From Pseudobdellovibrionaceae bacterium (GTDB taxonomy: Bacteria; Bdellovibrionota; Bdellovibrionia; Bdellovibrionales; Bdellovibrionaceae), in NCBI GenBank assembly GCA_019637955.1, contig JAHBUS010000006.1, positions 34,750-98,749 of the forward strand: a stretch of 64,000 nt of DNA, given 5' to 3'. The notes beneath the pieces were generated by a model, which worked only from the letters and a program-made list of their open reading frames with translations, made no database searches and was not told the DNA's origin. Shown here one piece after another: positions 1-9,403 of the stretch; position 1 is the first letter of the stretch; every line of letters starts with the position of its first letter. The position numbers and the translations under genes are program-made.

Positions 1-202
1 TCGTTTTGCCATCGGCGCCTTCGTACTCGATGCCGACAACGTAGCGTGAAATCCGCGCGTTGCTTTCGATGCGCTCGCCGCCAAAGACGCCCGCTTCATC
101 GCCGGAGGCCTGCGACGCGATCGATGAACCGGGAGCGCCGCCTTGGCCGCAAGCCGCCAGCAACGACAAGCATGACAGCAGCATCCAGCCCGATTTTCGC
201 AT
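1..202 (-). CDS. trypsin-like serine protease, N-terminal fragment (C-terminus lies beyond window start)
   Basis: Reverse-strand translation from ATG at 202 gives MRKSGWMLLSCLSLLAACGQ... (lipoprotein-type signal) followed by IFGGERIESNARISRYVVGIEY, the mature N-terminus pattern of chymotrypsin-fold proteases. Paralogous to the two downstream protease genes. Not in ORF track because it runs off the edge. Confidence 0.5.
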   Translation of the reverse strand, partial: MRKSGWMLLSCLSLLAACGQGGAPGSSIASQASGDEAGVFGGERIESNARISRYVVGIEYEGADGKT

Positions 203-330
203 CCAAGACAACATGGGTCCTCCAGCCTCCCCAAGGGGGCTCTTCAAGACAGAGCAAAGCCAGGTCCCGGCGGGACGCCCTTCAACTGCCATTAAATTGA
301 TTTGAGGAGTCACAAAAACGACAGTTGCCG

Positions 331-1188
331 TTAATTGTTATTCGTCTGCCCGCGGGCCTCTTCGCGGATCTGAAAGCGGGCGCGGTTGAGCCAGTTTTGC
401 TGGTACACGACGCTTTGATAGGCGCTGTAACCCGAGCAAGGCTCTTGCTGATTTCCGGGGTTGGTCACGAGGTTCGCAACGCCGACGATCTCAAAACCCG
501 AACCTTCTCGGCGGAGCAAGGGGCCGCCGGAATCGCCCGAGCAGATCCCGCGCTGTGAGCGCTGATCGACCAGGATCATGTCGGTCTGGTCGTTGAAGGT
601 CGTCTGGCGCCCCTGCATGCGGGTCGTGATTTTCACGGACACCGAACGCAAGACGCGCTCTTCATCTTCGGCAACGAACGCGTCTTTGGTTTTACCGTAA
701 CCCACCGCCAAGAATTTGGACGAGCGGCGCGAACGCTCTTCCAAGGTGGTCGCCACCTTCATCAGCGGAATGGTGAAATCGGCCGGGTGCTCGAGTTTAA
801 TCAGCGCGATGTCGTTGTAAGCTCCCGTTCGGGTGAGCGCGTAGTCTTCATGCGTGCGCGTTGAAGTCGTGCGGAAGGTGTCAAAACCGCCGCGGGCTTT
901 GCGCACCAAAACCTTGAGCGTGACCCGGCGGTCGTTCTCGTCCAAAAGATCCACGCAGTGGCTGGCGGTCAAAACCAAGTCGTGATCGATCAGCGCTCCG
1001 GTGCAGCGCGAGCCATCCGAAGCCTCGATCAAAACCAGCGCCCGGGCCCAAGCCTCCTGATCGGCGAGCGGCTTTCCGCCCATGATCTCGGCGGTGCCTT
1101 CGAGATGCTGATCGCCCGGCGTGGGCGACCCGCCGCAGGCCGCGAGCAGGAGCATCGAGATCATCGTGAGCGCCGTCAAAAGTCTCAT
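331..1188 (-). CDS. secreted trypsin-like (S1 family) serine protease
   Basis: LTASHC (catalytic His) and GDSGGPL (catalytic Ser) motifs. Signal/lipobox LLLAACGG. Start refined to ATG at 1188 (MRLLTALTMISM), which overlaps the stop of the upstream paralog (ATGA). Confidence 0.85.
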   Translation of the reverse strand: MRLLTALTMISMLLLAACGGSPTPGDQHLEGTAEIMGGKPLADQEAWARALVLIEASDGSRCTGALIDHDLVLTASHCVDLLDENDRRVTLKVLVRKARGGFDTFRTTSTRTHEDYALTRTGAYNDIALIKLEHPADFTIPLMKVATTLEERSRRSSKFLAVGYGKTKDAFVAEDEERVLRSVSVKITTRMQGRQTTFNDQTDMILVDQRSQRGICSGDSGGPLLRREGSGFEIVGVANLVTNPGNQQEPCSGYSAYQSVVYQQNWLNRARFQIREEARGQTNNN

Positions 1189-2171
1189 CGGATCCGCCCG
1201 TTCGAATTTTGCCGGATCCAGTCCGCATGCGCGCTCACGCGGCCATAGGTCAAGCGCGAGCGGCAATTAAAGGCGCCGTAGTTTTTATTGTAAACGAAAG
1301 AGGCGATCCCCACGACGCTGAGACGGCCATCACGTCCGATCACCATCGCGGGTCCTCCCGAGTCGCCGTGGCAACCGGAGCTGGTTTCATCGTTGCGAAG
1401 GATCAAGAACCGGCTGCTGGCCGCACTGTTGATCGTCTGTCCGCGAAGGTTGTAGGTCTCGTCGCCATCGATCACGCGCAAACGTCCGTAGCGCAGGCGG
1501 TTTTCGTCGGGATCGGTCTGGCCCACGTCGGTCGTACGTCCGTACCCCGCAATGTAAACCGTGTCGTTCGCGGTCACCGTCTGGTTCGAGAGCGCCAGAC
1601 GCGCGGGCACGTAAGGCGCGGGCATATTGGCATTCATGTAGAGCAGAGCGAAGTCGTTCTCTTTGGTGTAGTTGCTGTAGCGGGGGTGCACGATGGTGGC
1701 GCGCACATCAAGCAAAATGTCTTGGCGCTTGTGCCCGATCACGGCGCACAAGGGGTCGACCGAGGCGAGAACTTTGGTCTTCGCGCCGCGCTCCTGCGGG
1801 CTGAGCCCTTGGGCGAGGTTCACGCAGTGAGCGGCCGTCAGGATCAGATCGGGCGCAATGACAACGCCCGTGCACGTACTGGTGGATTCGACGCCCGAGG
1901 TGTCGGGCGATTTGCTTACGAGCATGACGGTGCTGCGGGCGATGGCGGAACCCTCACGAAGCAGCGTGCCGTTGATGATCCCTTGAGCCTGAAGTCCCGA
2001 GATCTGTCCGGGACCGTCTTCGCCGCCCGCTCCGATCTGGCAACCGGCGTAGCGTTGCTGCATGTCCTCGTCGATCGACTTCGATGCGTCCGAAGACGAC
2101 GAGCACGCACTCATCAAGAGCGACGAGGCGATCAAGCTTGTTGTCATCAGAAGCACGCGGAACGTTTTCAT
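1185..2171 (-). CDS. secreted trypsin-like (S1 family) serine protease
   Basis: LTAAHC and GDSGGP motifs. N-terminal signal MKTFRVLLMTTSLIASSLLMSAC. Stop overlaps start of downstream paralog. Confidence 0.85.
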   Translation of the reverse strand: MKTFRVLLMTTSLIASSLLMSACSSSSDASKSIDEDMQQRYAGCQIGAGGEDGPGQISGLQAQGIINGTLLREGSAIARSTVMLVSKSPDTSGVESTSTCTGVVIAPDLILTAAHCVNLAQGLSPQERGAKTKVLASVDPLCAVIGHKRQDILLDVRATIVHPRYSNYTKENDFALLYMNANMPAPYVPARLALSNQTVTANDTVYIAGYGRTTDVGQTDPDENRLRYGRLRVIDGDETYNLRGQTINSAASSRFLILRNDETSSGCHGDSGGPAMVIGRDGRLSVVGIASFVYNKNYGAFNCRSRLTYGRVSAHADWIRQNSNGRIR

Positions 2172-2317
2172 CGGTGACTAAGATACACGAAAAGAAGTTT
2201 TTTTGGAACTGTGCAAAAGTTCGACGGCGTTTCGACTCGAAAATCACCTCGAGTCCCTCTTCATTTCGAGGAGAAAACAATTTGTCCCGCGGGCCCGCGC
2301 GAGTTACAAATTTTGTC

Positions 2318-2683
2318 ATGGCTCTTCATCCGATTTTTCAAGACTTTCCGATGCCCCAACTCCGCCCTCAGAACTTTGACGAGTTCACGCAAACCGACGA
2401 CGGAAAAATCGTCGCGGTCTTTTTCTGGGGACACAACTGTCCCAACTGCGACGTCGCCAAACGCATGATCCATCAGGAGATGGAATCGTACCGCGCGTTC
2501 GGATTTCAGTGGTACCACGTCAACACCTACGAGGATGCGGATCTCGGGACCCGCTTCGGCCTGCACGGCATCCCGACGTTTTTGTTTTTTAAAAACCGCC
2601 GCTTGCTCGGGCGCGCGACCTCATTTCCGGGACACGACGAATTTTTGGGCGTCCTTGAGACCTTACGAAAAAAGCACGCGTGA
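2318..2683 (+). CDS. thioredoxin-fold protein (CxxC)
   Basis: WGHNCPNCD CxxC motif and GIPTFLFF thioredoxin-like beta-alpha pattern. Start set at ATG 2318 (MALHPIF...); the upstream part of the ORF is low-complexity. Confidence 0.55.
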   Translation: MALHPIFQDFPMPQLRPQNFDEFTQTDDGKIVAVFFWGHNCPNCDVAKRMIHQEMESYRAFGFQWYHVNTYEDADLGTRFGLHGIPTFLFFKNRRLLGRATSFPGHDEFLGVLETLRKKHA

Positions 2684-3610
2684 TGTGCCGGTGACATCGC
2701 CGGCCCAGTTGCGAATTTCGCGCGGAACGTAAGCGCGCAAGGCGCGGTCTTCGCCCTCGGTGATGGCGCTCGCCCTGAGCAGGAGCGACAAGAGCGACTC
2801 TTCGGCCGCGCGCTCCCCGCCGTCTTCGGCCTTGAGAACCAAGGCCCGGCCGTTTTTAAAATCCAAAGCGAAGTAATTGCCCTGAGCGCCGACTTTCACG
2901 ATCACTCGGCCTTGGGTCACCCGCGCGAGCTCGGAGCCCAGCGCGTCTTTTCCCGCGACCATCATCGGTGCCGCCGTCCAGGCCCGGTGAATCAGCGCGA
3001 GCGCCTCCCCGTACGCCGACTTTTCGGGACGCAAGAACGTCGACATCAGCTTCGCGAACATGTTCAGCGGAAGATGATAGGTGGGAATGCCGCAGCCGTC
3101 GGTGCCGTAAGGCAGTTTGTGCCAGTCCATCCCCGAAAGCGCGCCCGCCAAATCGCGAATTTGAGATTGCAAGGGGTGCGTCCACTCGTGATATCCACGC
3201 GTTTCAAAACCCAGAGCTCCGCACGCCGCCAGAAATCCGGTGTGTTTTCCCGAGCAGTTGTTGTCTATCCGGCGCGAGCGTTGAGGCGCGCACACCAGGT
3301 CGTCTTCATGACGGCCCAAATTCTTCAACCAAGATTCGACAAACTCCAGGTGCAGCGGCTGCCCCTTGTGCGAGGCGCACGCGATCGCCACCGCCGCGAG
3401 CGGATCGGGCGCGGATTCAAACGCTTTGCTCAGAACGAGAGGGAGGGCCTGCACCGGCTTCAGGCAAGAGCGAGGACACACCAGGCGCCCCGAATCCCCC
3501 CACGCTTCGACGTCACGTCCGTGCTCGTCGACCCAAAGGGCGTGAACGCGGTGCTCGCTCTCCGCCAACTCTCCGCGCGTGTACTGAACTTGGAGAGGAT
3601 TGCGGGGCAT
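2663..3610 (-). CDS. L-asparaginase II family protein (PF06089-like)
   Basis: N-terminal region LQVQYTRGELAESEHRVHALWVDEHGRDV...CPRSCLKPVQALPLV resembles the asparaginase II family N-terminus from memory. Start at ATG 3610 overlaps the stop of the upstream small ORF (TGATG). Confidence 0.55.
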   Translation of the reverse strand: MPRNPLQVQYTRGELAESEHRVHALWVDEHGRDVEAWGDSGRLVCPRSCLKPVQALPLVLSKAFESAPDPLAAVAIACASHKGQPLHLEFVESWLKNLGRHEDDLVCAPQRSRRIDNNCSGKHTGFLAACGALGFETRGYHEWTHPLQSQIRDLAGALSGMDWHKLPYGTDGCGIPTYHLPLNMFAKLMSTFLRPEKSAYGEALALIHRAWTAAPMMVAGKDALGSELARVTQGRVIVKVGAQGNYFALDFKNGRALVLKAEDGGERAAEESLLSLLLRASAITEGEDRALRAYVPREIRNWAGDVTGTSRVLFS

Positions 3611-3873
3611 CAGTTGCTTCGCTTGTTGGGATCGTCGGCGCCGATCTGCTCGACGAGGGATTGCCATTTTTTCATGAGAAAACCCGGACTCGAAGTGTCG
3701 CGGCTGACAACGGATTTCATGATCATCGCGGCGAGGCCCAGGGCCACCACCATCAAAAGAACGTACTCAATGATGACCTGTCCACGCTCGGAAGAAAAAC
3801 GCCCAGGGCGCAACGGGCGGTTGAAGAGCTTAGATCTCGGCGTGCACGAGGGCTGTGGACTCGGAACGGGCAC
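3610..3873 (-). CDS. small membrane protein with Flp/TadE-like class-III signal motif (G/QVIIEY + hydrophobic helix)
   Basis: ERGQVIIEYVLLMVVALGLAAMIM matches the G-x4-EY prepilin motif followed by a TM helix. GTG start at 3873 overlaps the upstream gene by 44 nt. An alternative TTG at 3813 gives an 11-aa leader (MRPGRFSSERG). Stop is translationally coupled to the asparaginase ATG. Confidence 0.3.
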   Translation of the reverse strand: MPVPSPQPSCTPRSKLFNRPLRPGRFSSERGQVIIEYVLLMVVALGLAAMIMKSVVSRDTSSPGFLMKKWQSLVEQIGADDPNKRSN

Positions 3874-4261
3874 CGGAGGTCTCCCACTGATTCAGGCAAC
3901 GGACCACCTCATTGAGCACGGTCAAAAGCTGATCGTCCTCAAAAGGTCCGTTGATTCCCAAAAGTGTATCGTCTCCGAGGTGATCTTCAACGAGAAACTC
4001 TTTCGAACCCTCGAAGGACATCTGAAAGGAATCCGGGGAGGGATAAATCATGACGAGCATGTTCATCCCAAACATCTTGTGCAACTCTTTGGCCTTTGAC
4101 AGAACGTCGGGGTGTTTTTGCTGAAGGCTGAAATAGATTTTGAGCGCGAGCGACTCATGCAGCTGGGAGAAGTAGATACGCACCGGGCCGTCGAAAATGG
4201 CCGAATTGAAAGCCGGGCTGAAGAAGCGAGACTGCATCAAATTTGAATAACTGGCCTTCAT
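3830..4261 (-). CDS. hypothetical acidic cytoplasmic protein
   Basis: ORF with start at MKASYSNLMQ... No recognisable motif. Possibly a YbjN/chaperone-like fold (weak impression only). Confidence 0.35.
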   Translation of the reverse strand: MKASYSNLMQSRFFSPAFNSAIFDGPVRIYFSQLHESLALKIYFSLQQKHPDVLSKAKELHKMFGMNMLVMIYPSPDSFQMSFEGSKEFLVEDHLGDDTLLGINGPFEDDQLLTVLNEVVRCLNQWETSGARSESTALVHAEI

Positions 4262-4532
4262 AGCCGTTCCCCCCCAAGAGATTCCAGAACACAAAGTTAG
4301 ACTAGAAAGCCTCTCGCGAAGAAATCAAATGCATTTTTAAGGAAATGACAGATTTCTGATGAATTCCTGACGCAGCACAGATAATCCCAATTCAGGTCTC
4401 AACTCCCGTCTCAAATCGTCGTTTCACGTCTCAGTGTCGCTGGCCTTAGTGGACCGGAGAGTTGTTTGCTCATGCTGAAGGTCTTGGCACCAAAGTTCTG
4501 AGCGAACCCGGCCGCGCGCCGCCCGGTCGACT

Positions 4533-5768
4533 TCAAAAAAGGCGGCGGCCCTCGCGCCAGGTTTGCACGACGGGATGATGACCAATCGAATAAAAGAGCG
4601 AGCGCCAGTCTTCGCTGAGAACGGCGAAGTCGGCACACTTTCCGGGCTCGAGGGAACCCACGTCTTTCTGTAAATTCAGCGCGCAGGCCGCGCTGTACGT
4701 GAGCCCGGTCCAAACTTCGGGCAGGGTCATTTTCATTTCAAGGCGTGCGAGCAAACCCACGAGCGACAGACTTTGCGTCGGCGAACTGCCGGGATTGAAA
4801 TCGGTGGCGAGCGCCACGCGGCCGCCCTCATCCAAGAGTTTTCGCGACGGCGGGTACGCGCAGCGCATGTACAAATCCGCCGCCGGGAGCGCGACGGCCG
4901 TCGTTGAACTTTGCGCCAAACGGCGGATCGCCGTTTCGTCGAGCTGAATGACGTGATCGGCGCTGTGGGCTCCGATCTCCACGGCGAGATCGGTCCCGCC
5001 CGACAGCGACAGCTGATCGGCATGGATGACGACTTCGAATCCCAGTTCGCGCGCCAGTTTCAAAAAAGGCTTCGCGCTTTCAACGCTGAAAAAGCCTTTT
5101 TCGATAAAAATATCCACCCGCTCGGCGAGTTTTTGCTTTGCGATCTTCGGGAGCAGCGAGGTCAGAAATTTCAAATACTCATCGGGGGTTTTGAATTCGG
5201 GCGGAATCGCGTGCGCCCCTAAAAACGTGGACACGATCCGCGGACCTTCGATGAGTTTGTGGACTTGCAGCGTTTTGATCTCGTCTTTTTCGTTGAGCGC
5301 GTAACCGGTTTTCGCCTCGAGCGTGGTGACGCCTTGCTGAACGAAAACGTCGGCGCGTTTTTGCGCGAGCTTCAAGAGCTGCGCTTTGCTCGCGGCCCGC
5401 ACGGCCTTCATCGTCGTGAGAATGCCCCCGCCTCGCGCGGCGATTTCCTGATAGGTCACGCCGCGATTGCGCTCTTCGAACTCGGCGGCGCGGTCCCCCG
5501 CGAACACCAAATGCGTGTGGCACTCGACGAAGCCCGGCACGACCGCCTCGGCCTTGAGGTCCAGCGTTTTCTTGATGCGTTTTTTCAGATCGCGCGGGAC
5601 TGCCGACTCGCGGCCCGTCCAGACCAAGCGGCCCTTCTCGACCAGAAAGGCGCCATTTTTGATGACGCCCATGTCGTCATCGCTCACGCGGCGGCCGTCT
5701 TTGGCGGCGGCGCCCGCCATGGTGACGAGCTCTTTGATTCCGGTAAAGAGCGTGAGGTTCTGGGTCAT
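4533..5768 (-). CDS. hutI: imidazolonepropionase
   Basis: [33 protein letters not shown] and the overall amidohydrolase pattern are typical of HutI. Confidence 0.9.
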   Translation of the reverse strand: MTQNLTLFTGIKELVTMAGAAAKDGRRVSDDDMGVIKNGAFLVEKGRLVWTGRESAVPRDLKKRIKKTLDLKAEAVVPGFVECHTHLVFAGDRAAEFEERNRGVTYQEIAARGGGILTTMKAVRAASKAQLLKLAQKRADVFVQQGVTTLEAKTGYALNEKDEIKTLQVHKLIEGPRIVSTFLGAHAIPPEFKTPDEYLKFLTSLLPKIAKQKLAERVDIFIEKGFFSVESAKPFLKLARELGFEVVIHADQLSLSGGTDLAVEIGAHSADHVIQLDETAIRRLAQSSTTAVALPAADLYMRCAYPPSRKLLDEGGRVALATDFNPGSSPTQSLSLVGLLARLEMKMTLPEVWTGLTYSAACALNLQKDVGSLEPGKCADFAVLSEDWRSLFYSIGHHPVVQTWREGRRLF

Positions 5769-6517
5769 TTCGGTTTGGCTTTACCTTGGTTCGAAACGGT
5801 TTCCATCGCCGCTTTCACGGTCTCGGCATCGCCGAGATACTCTTTGCGAATGAAGCGCAAATCCGTGTCGAGTTCGTACATGAGCGGAATGCCCGTCGGC
5901 ACATTCACTTCCATAATCTGATCCGGCGTCATGCCTTCGAGATATTGAATCAAGGCACGCAAAGAATTTCCGTGCGCGACGATCAAAAGGCGCTCGCCTT
6001 TTTGAATGCGCGGGCCGATCTCCTCTTTCCAGAGGGGAAGAAAGCGGGCCACGGTGTCTTTGAGGGACTCCCCGCTCGGCAGAACGTCGGGGTTCACCCC
6101 ACGGTAACGAGGGTCATGACTGGGATGACGTGCATCATCTCTAGGCATTTCGGGGGGAGGCGTGTCATAGCTGCGGCGCCAAATCTTGACCTGCTCTTCG
6201 CCATGACGGGCCGCGGTCTCGGCCTTGTTCAGACCTTGAAGATTGCCGTAATGACGTTCATTCAGGCGCCAGCTCCGGCTGACCGGAAGCCAAAGCATGT
6301 CCATTTCTTCGAGGGCGATCCAGTGCGTACGGATCGCGCGTTTCAGGACCGAGGTGTAGGAGGCATCAAACTGAAAGCCGAGGTTTTTAAGAGTTTGACC
6401 GGCGGCTCGAGCTTCTGCTCGACCTTTTTCCGAAAGATCGACGTCCTGCCATCCGGTGAATCGGTTTTCTTGGTTCCAAGTGCTTTCGCCGTGTCTGATC
6501 AGGACCAGTTTGAACAT
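5765..6517 (-). CDS. gpmA: 2,3-bisphosphoglycerate-dependent phosphoglycerate mutase
   Basis: [29 protein letters not shown] histidine-phosphatase signature. Start refined to [12 protein letters not shown]. Confidence 0.9.
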   Translation of the reverse strand: MFKLVLIRHGESTWNQENRFTGWQDVDLSEKGRAEARAAGQTLKNLGFQFDASYTSVLKRAIRTHWIALEEMDMLWLPVSRSWRLNERHYGNLQGLNKAETAARHGEEQVKIWRRSYDTPPPEMPRDDARHPSHDPRYRGVNPDVLPSGESLKDTVARFLPLWKEEIGPRIQKGERLLIVAHGNSLRALIQYLEGMTPDQIMEVNVPTGIPLMYELDTDLRFIRKEYLGDAETVKAAMETVSNQGKAKPK

Positions 6518-6617
6518 CGCTTCCACTCCCTCGCCATTCGAGAAAATCATACATTTTTCTGTCTATCAGGGCTATCATGAGCAGGTTCATCTTGACGAGT
6601 CAAAAGCGAGGTTTTTC

Positions 6618-9377
6618 TTGGCACAGTATGCAACTCGGGACAACGCCGATTACATCGACCAACTCTGGCAACAATACAAACAAGATCCGTCTTCCGTTTC
6701 CACGGAATGGCGCAAGTTCTTCGAGGGCGTTGAGTTCGCCTCGAACGGACAAGGATTCTCGAGCGGAGGCGGCACCGAAGCCGGCGCGGGCATCTCCGAA
6801 AAAGAATTGGACGTGTACCACCTGATCACGGCCTACCGTAACTACGGCCACTTCGAAGCCGATCTCGATCCGCTCACCAACACGCGCGCGCCGTCGGATC
6901 AGCTCGCGCTCTCGCGCTTCAAACTCAGCGAAGCCGATCTCGATCAACGCTTCCAAATCGGCGGCATCATCGGCAAACCGAACGCCACGCTTCGCGAGAT
7001 CCTCGCGCACATGCGCGCCTGCTACTGCGGTAAACTCACCGTTCAGTGCGCCGAAGCGCTTCCCGAAATTCGCAACTGGTTCATCCGCGAATTCGAACAG
7101 CACCGCGAGACGTTCAAACTCAGCGCGGATCAGAAAAAAGAGATCTTGCGTTCACTCACCCGCACCGAGAGCCTCGAAAAATTCATCAACACCCGTTACG
7201 TGGGCGCGAAGCGCTTCTCGATCGAGGGCGGCGACGCCTTGATGCCGATGATGGAGTGGCTCGCGAATTACGGCCCCACCAAAGGCCTGGCCGAAATCAT
7301 GATCGGCATGGCTCACCGTGGACGCGTGAACATCCTGGCCAACTTCATGGGCAAGGGGACCGAGTACATCTTTGCGGACTTCAATGGTCCCACCGAAATG
7401 AAGATCCCCGTCGACGATTTCGACGGCGATGTGAAGTACCACTTGGGTTACCAAACCGACCGCCAGACGCCGAACGGCCCGATGCGCATCAGCCTCGCGT
7501 TCAACCCCTCGCACCTCGAAGCCGTAAACCCCGTCGTTCTCGGCATGGTCCGCGCGGCTCAGCGCCGCCGGGGTGACATGAAAGAGCGCAAGTCAGTTGT
7601 CCCCGTCTTGATTCACGGTGATGCCGCGTTTGCCGCGCAAGGGATCGTGCTCGAGACCTTCCAGATGTCGCAGGTCAAAGGCTACACCGTCGGCGGCACC
7701 ATCCACATCGCCATCGACAATCAAGTGGGCTTTACGACCAGCCCCGAGAACGCGCGCAGCTCGCACTACTGTACCGACGCTTCGAAGGTTCTGCACACGC
7801 CCGTCTTGCACGTGAACGGCGACGACGCCGAGTCGTGCGTGCGCGCGATGGACATCGCGATGCGCTTCCGCCAAGAGTGGAAACGCGACGTGGTCGTCAA
7901 CTTGATCTGCTACCGCCGTTATGGTCACAACGAGGGTGATGAGCCCGCGTTCACGCAGCCGCTGATGTACGACATCATCCGCAAGCACCCGACCCTTCGC
8001 GAACTTTACAGTAAGAAGCTGCAGGCCGAGGGCACCGTCGACGCCCAGTTCGGCGACTCGGCCATGACCGAGCGCATGGATTCGCTGCAAAAAATCTACG
8101 AGTCCACCAAAGCGACGCCTCCCAAAATTGAGCCCTTCAAATTCGAAGGCTTCTGGAAAGGCCTGCGCAAAGGAAAGCCCGAAGATTTCGACAAAGCTTG
8201 GGACACCACTTGCGATCTGGCGGGCCTTCGCAAAATCGGAACTTTGCTCGGTGAAGTTCCGCAGGGTTTCACCCCCCACCCCAAATTGGTCAAATTGCTC
8301 GAGACCCGCAAAGAGATGGCCGCCGGCAAACAGCCTGTCGACTGGGGCTTCGCCGAGCTTCTCAGCTACGGATCCCTCTTGAGCGAAGGCACGAGCGTGC
8401 GCCTCACCGGTCAGGACTGCGTGCGCGGCACCTTCACGCACCGCCATGCGGGCCTTTACGATGTCAAAACGGGCGAACCCTACATGGCGCTCGATCATAT
8501 CAACGGCGACAAGGTTGAGTTCTGCGTTTACGACTCCATCCTCTCCGAGTACGGCGTGATGGGCTTCGAGTACGGCAACGCGATCTGCGATCCCACCTTC
8601 TTGACGCTGTGGGAAGCGCAGTTCGGCGACTTCGGCAACGGCGCGCAGATCATCATCGATCAATTCTTGATGTCCGGCGAATCGAAGTGGCAGCAAATGA
8701 ACGGTCTCGTTCTCTTGCTCCCGCACGGCTACGAGGGCCAGGGCCCCGAGCACAGCTCGGCCCGCCTTGAGCGCTTCTTGCAAATGTCGGCTCAGTACAA
8801 TGCCCAGGTCGTCAACCTCACGACGCCCGCGCAGATTTACCACGCCCTCCGCCGGCAGATGAAACGCCCGTTCCGCAAGCCCTTGATCGTGATGTCGCCC
8901 AAGTCGCTGCTGCGCCACCCGCGCGCGGTTTCGACCATGGAAGAACTCGCCCAAGGCGGTTTCCAAGAGGTCATTCCCGAAACGGTTTTGAAAGATCCGA
9001 AGAAGGTCGAAACCGTGGCTCTGTGCTCGGGCAAGATCTACTACGAACTTCTCGAAGAGCGCGAGAAGCTCAAAAACGAACGCACCGCTTTGGTGCGCGT
9101 CGAGCAGATCTACCCGACCCCCGCGAAACAAATCGCGGCGGTGATGAAGCAGTACCCCAACCTCAAAAATGTGGTGTGGGTGCAAGAAGAGCCCAAAAAT
9201 ATGGGCGCGTACCAATTCATTTATTTCAAACTGTCCGAGATTTTCATGAAAGAAGGCCTCTCGCGCTTGGCTCTGCACTACGTGGGCCGCGGCGAGCGCT
9301 CGTCACCGGCGACCGGTTCGATTTACCGTCACCGCAATGAACAGGCCGAAATCGTGAAAAACTGTTTTACCATCTAA
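6618..9377 (+). CDS. sucA: 2-oxoglutarate dehydrogenase E1 component
   Basis: Full-length E1 similarity (YIDQLWQQYKQDP N-terminus, TPP-binding region, C-terminal transketolase-like domains). No in-frame ATG near the conserved N-terminus. Probable TTG start at 6618 preceded by GAGG. Confidence 0.85.
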   Translation: MAQYATRDNADYIDQLWQQYKQDPSSVSTEWRKFFEGVEFASNGQGFSSGGGTEAGAGISEKELDVYHLITAYRNYGHFEADLDPLTNTRAPSDQLALSRFKLSEADLDQRFQIGGIIGKPNATLREILAHMRACYCGKLTVQCAEALPEIRNWFIREFEQHRETFKLSADQKKEILRSLTRTESLEKFINTRYVGAKRFSIEGGDALMPMMEWLANYGPTKGLAEIMIGMAHRGRVNILANFMGKGTEYIFADFNGPTEMKIPVDDFDGDVKYHLGYQTDRQTPNGPMRISLAFNPSHLEAVNPVVLGMVRAAQRRRGDMKERKSVVPVLIHGDAAFAAQGIVLETFQMSQVKGYTVGGTIHIAIDNQVGFTTSPENARSSHYCTDASKVLHTPVLHVNGDDAESCVRAMDIAMRFRQEWKRDVVVNLICYRRYGHNEGDEPAFTQPLMYDIIRKHPTLRELYSKKLQAEGTVDAQFGDSAMTERMDSLQKIYESTKATPPKIEPFKFEGFWKGLRKGKPEDFDKAWDTTCDLAGLRKIGTLLGEVPQGFTPHPKLVKLLETRKEMAAGKQPVDWGFAELLSYGSLLSEGTSVRLTGQDCVRGTFTHRHAGLYDVKTGEPYMALDHINGDKVEFCVYDSILSEYGVMGFEYGNAICDPTFLTLWEAQFGDFGNGAQIIIDQFLMSGESKWQQMNGLVLLLPHGYEGQGPEHSSARLERFLQMSAQYNAQVVNLTTPAQIYHALRRQMKRPFRKPLIVMSPKSLLRHPRAVSTMEELAQGGFQEVIPETVLKDPKKVETVALCSGKIYYELLEEREKLKNERTALVRVEQIYPTPAKQIAAVMKQYPNLKNVVWVQEEPKNMGAYQFIYFKLSEIFMKEGLSRLALHYVGRGERSSPATGSIYRHRNEQAEIVKNCFTI

Positions 9378-9403
9378 GACTTGAACTCTGAAGGAGCTGC
9401 ACC

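Noticed and set aside
2912-4099. Long plus-strand ORFs (395 aa and 315 aa) antisense to the asparaginase-II region
   Set aside because: Arg/Ala/Pro-rich composition typical of out-of-frame translation of high-GC DNA. They overlap well-supported minus-strand genes and have no motifs.
7593-9278. 561-aa minus-strand ORF antisense to sucA
   Set aside because: Antisense to a strongly supported E1 gene, low-complexity H/R/A/G-rich sequence. GC-driven open frame.
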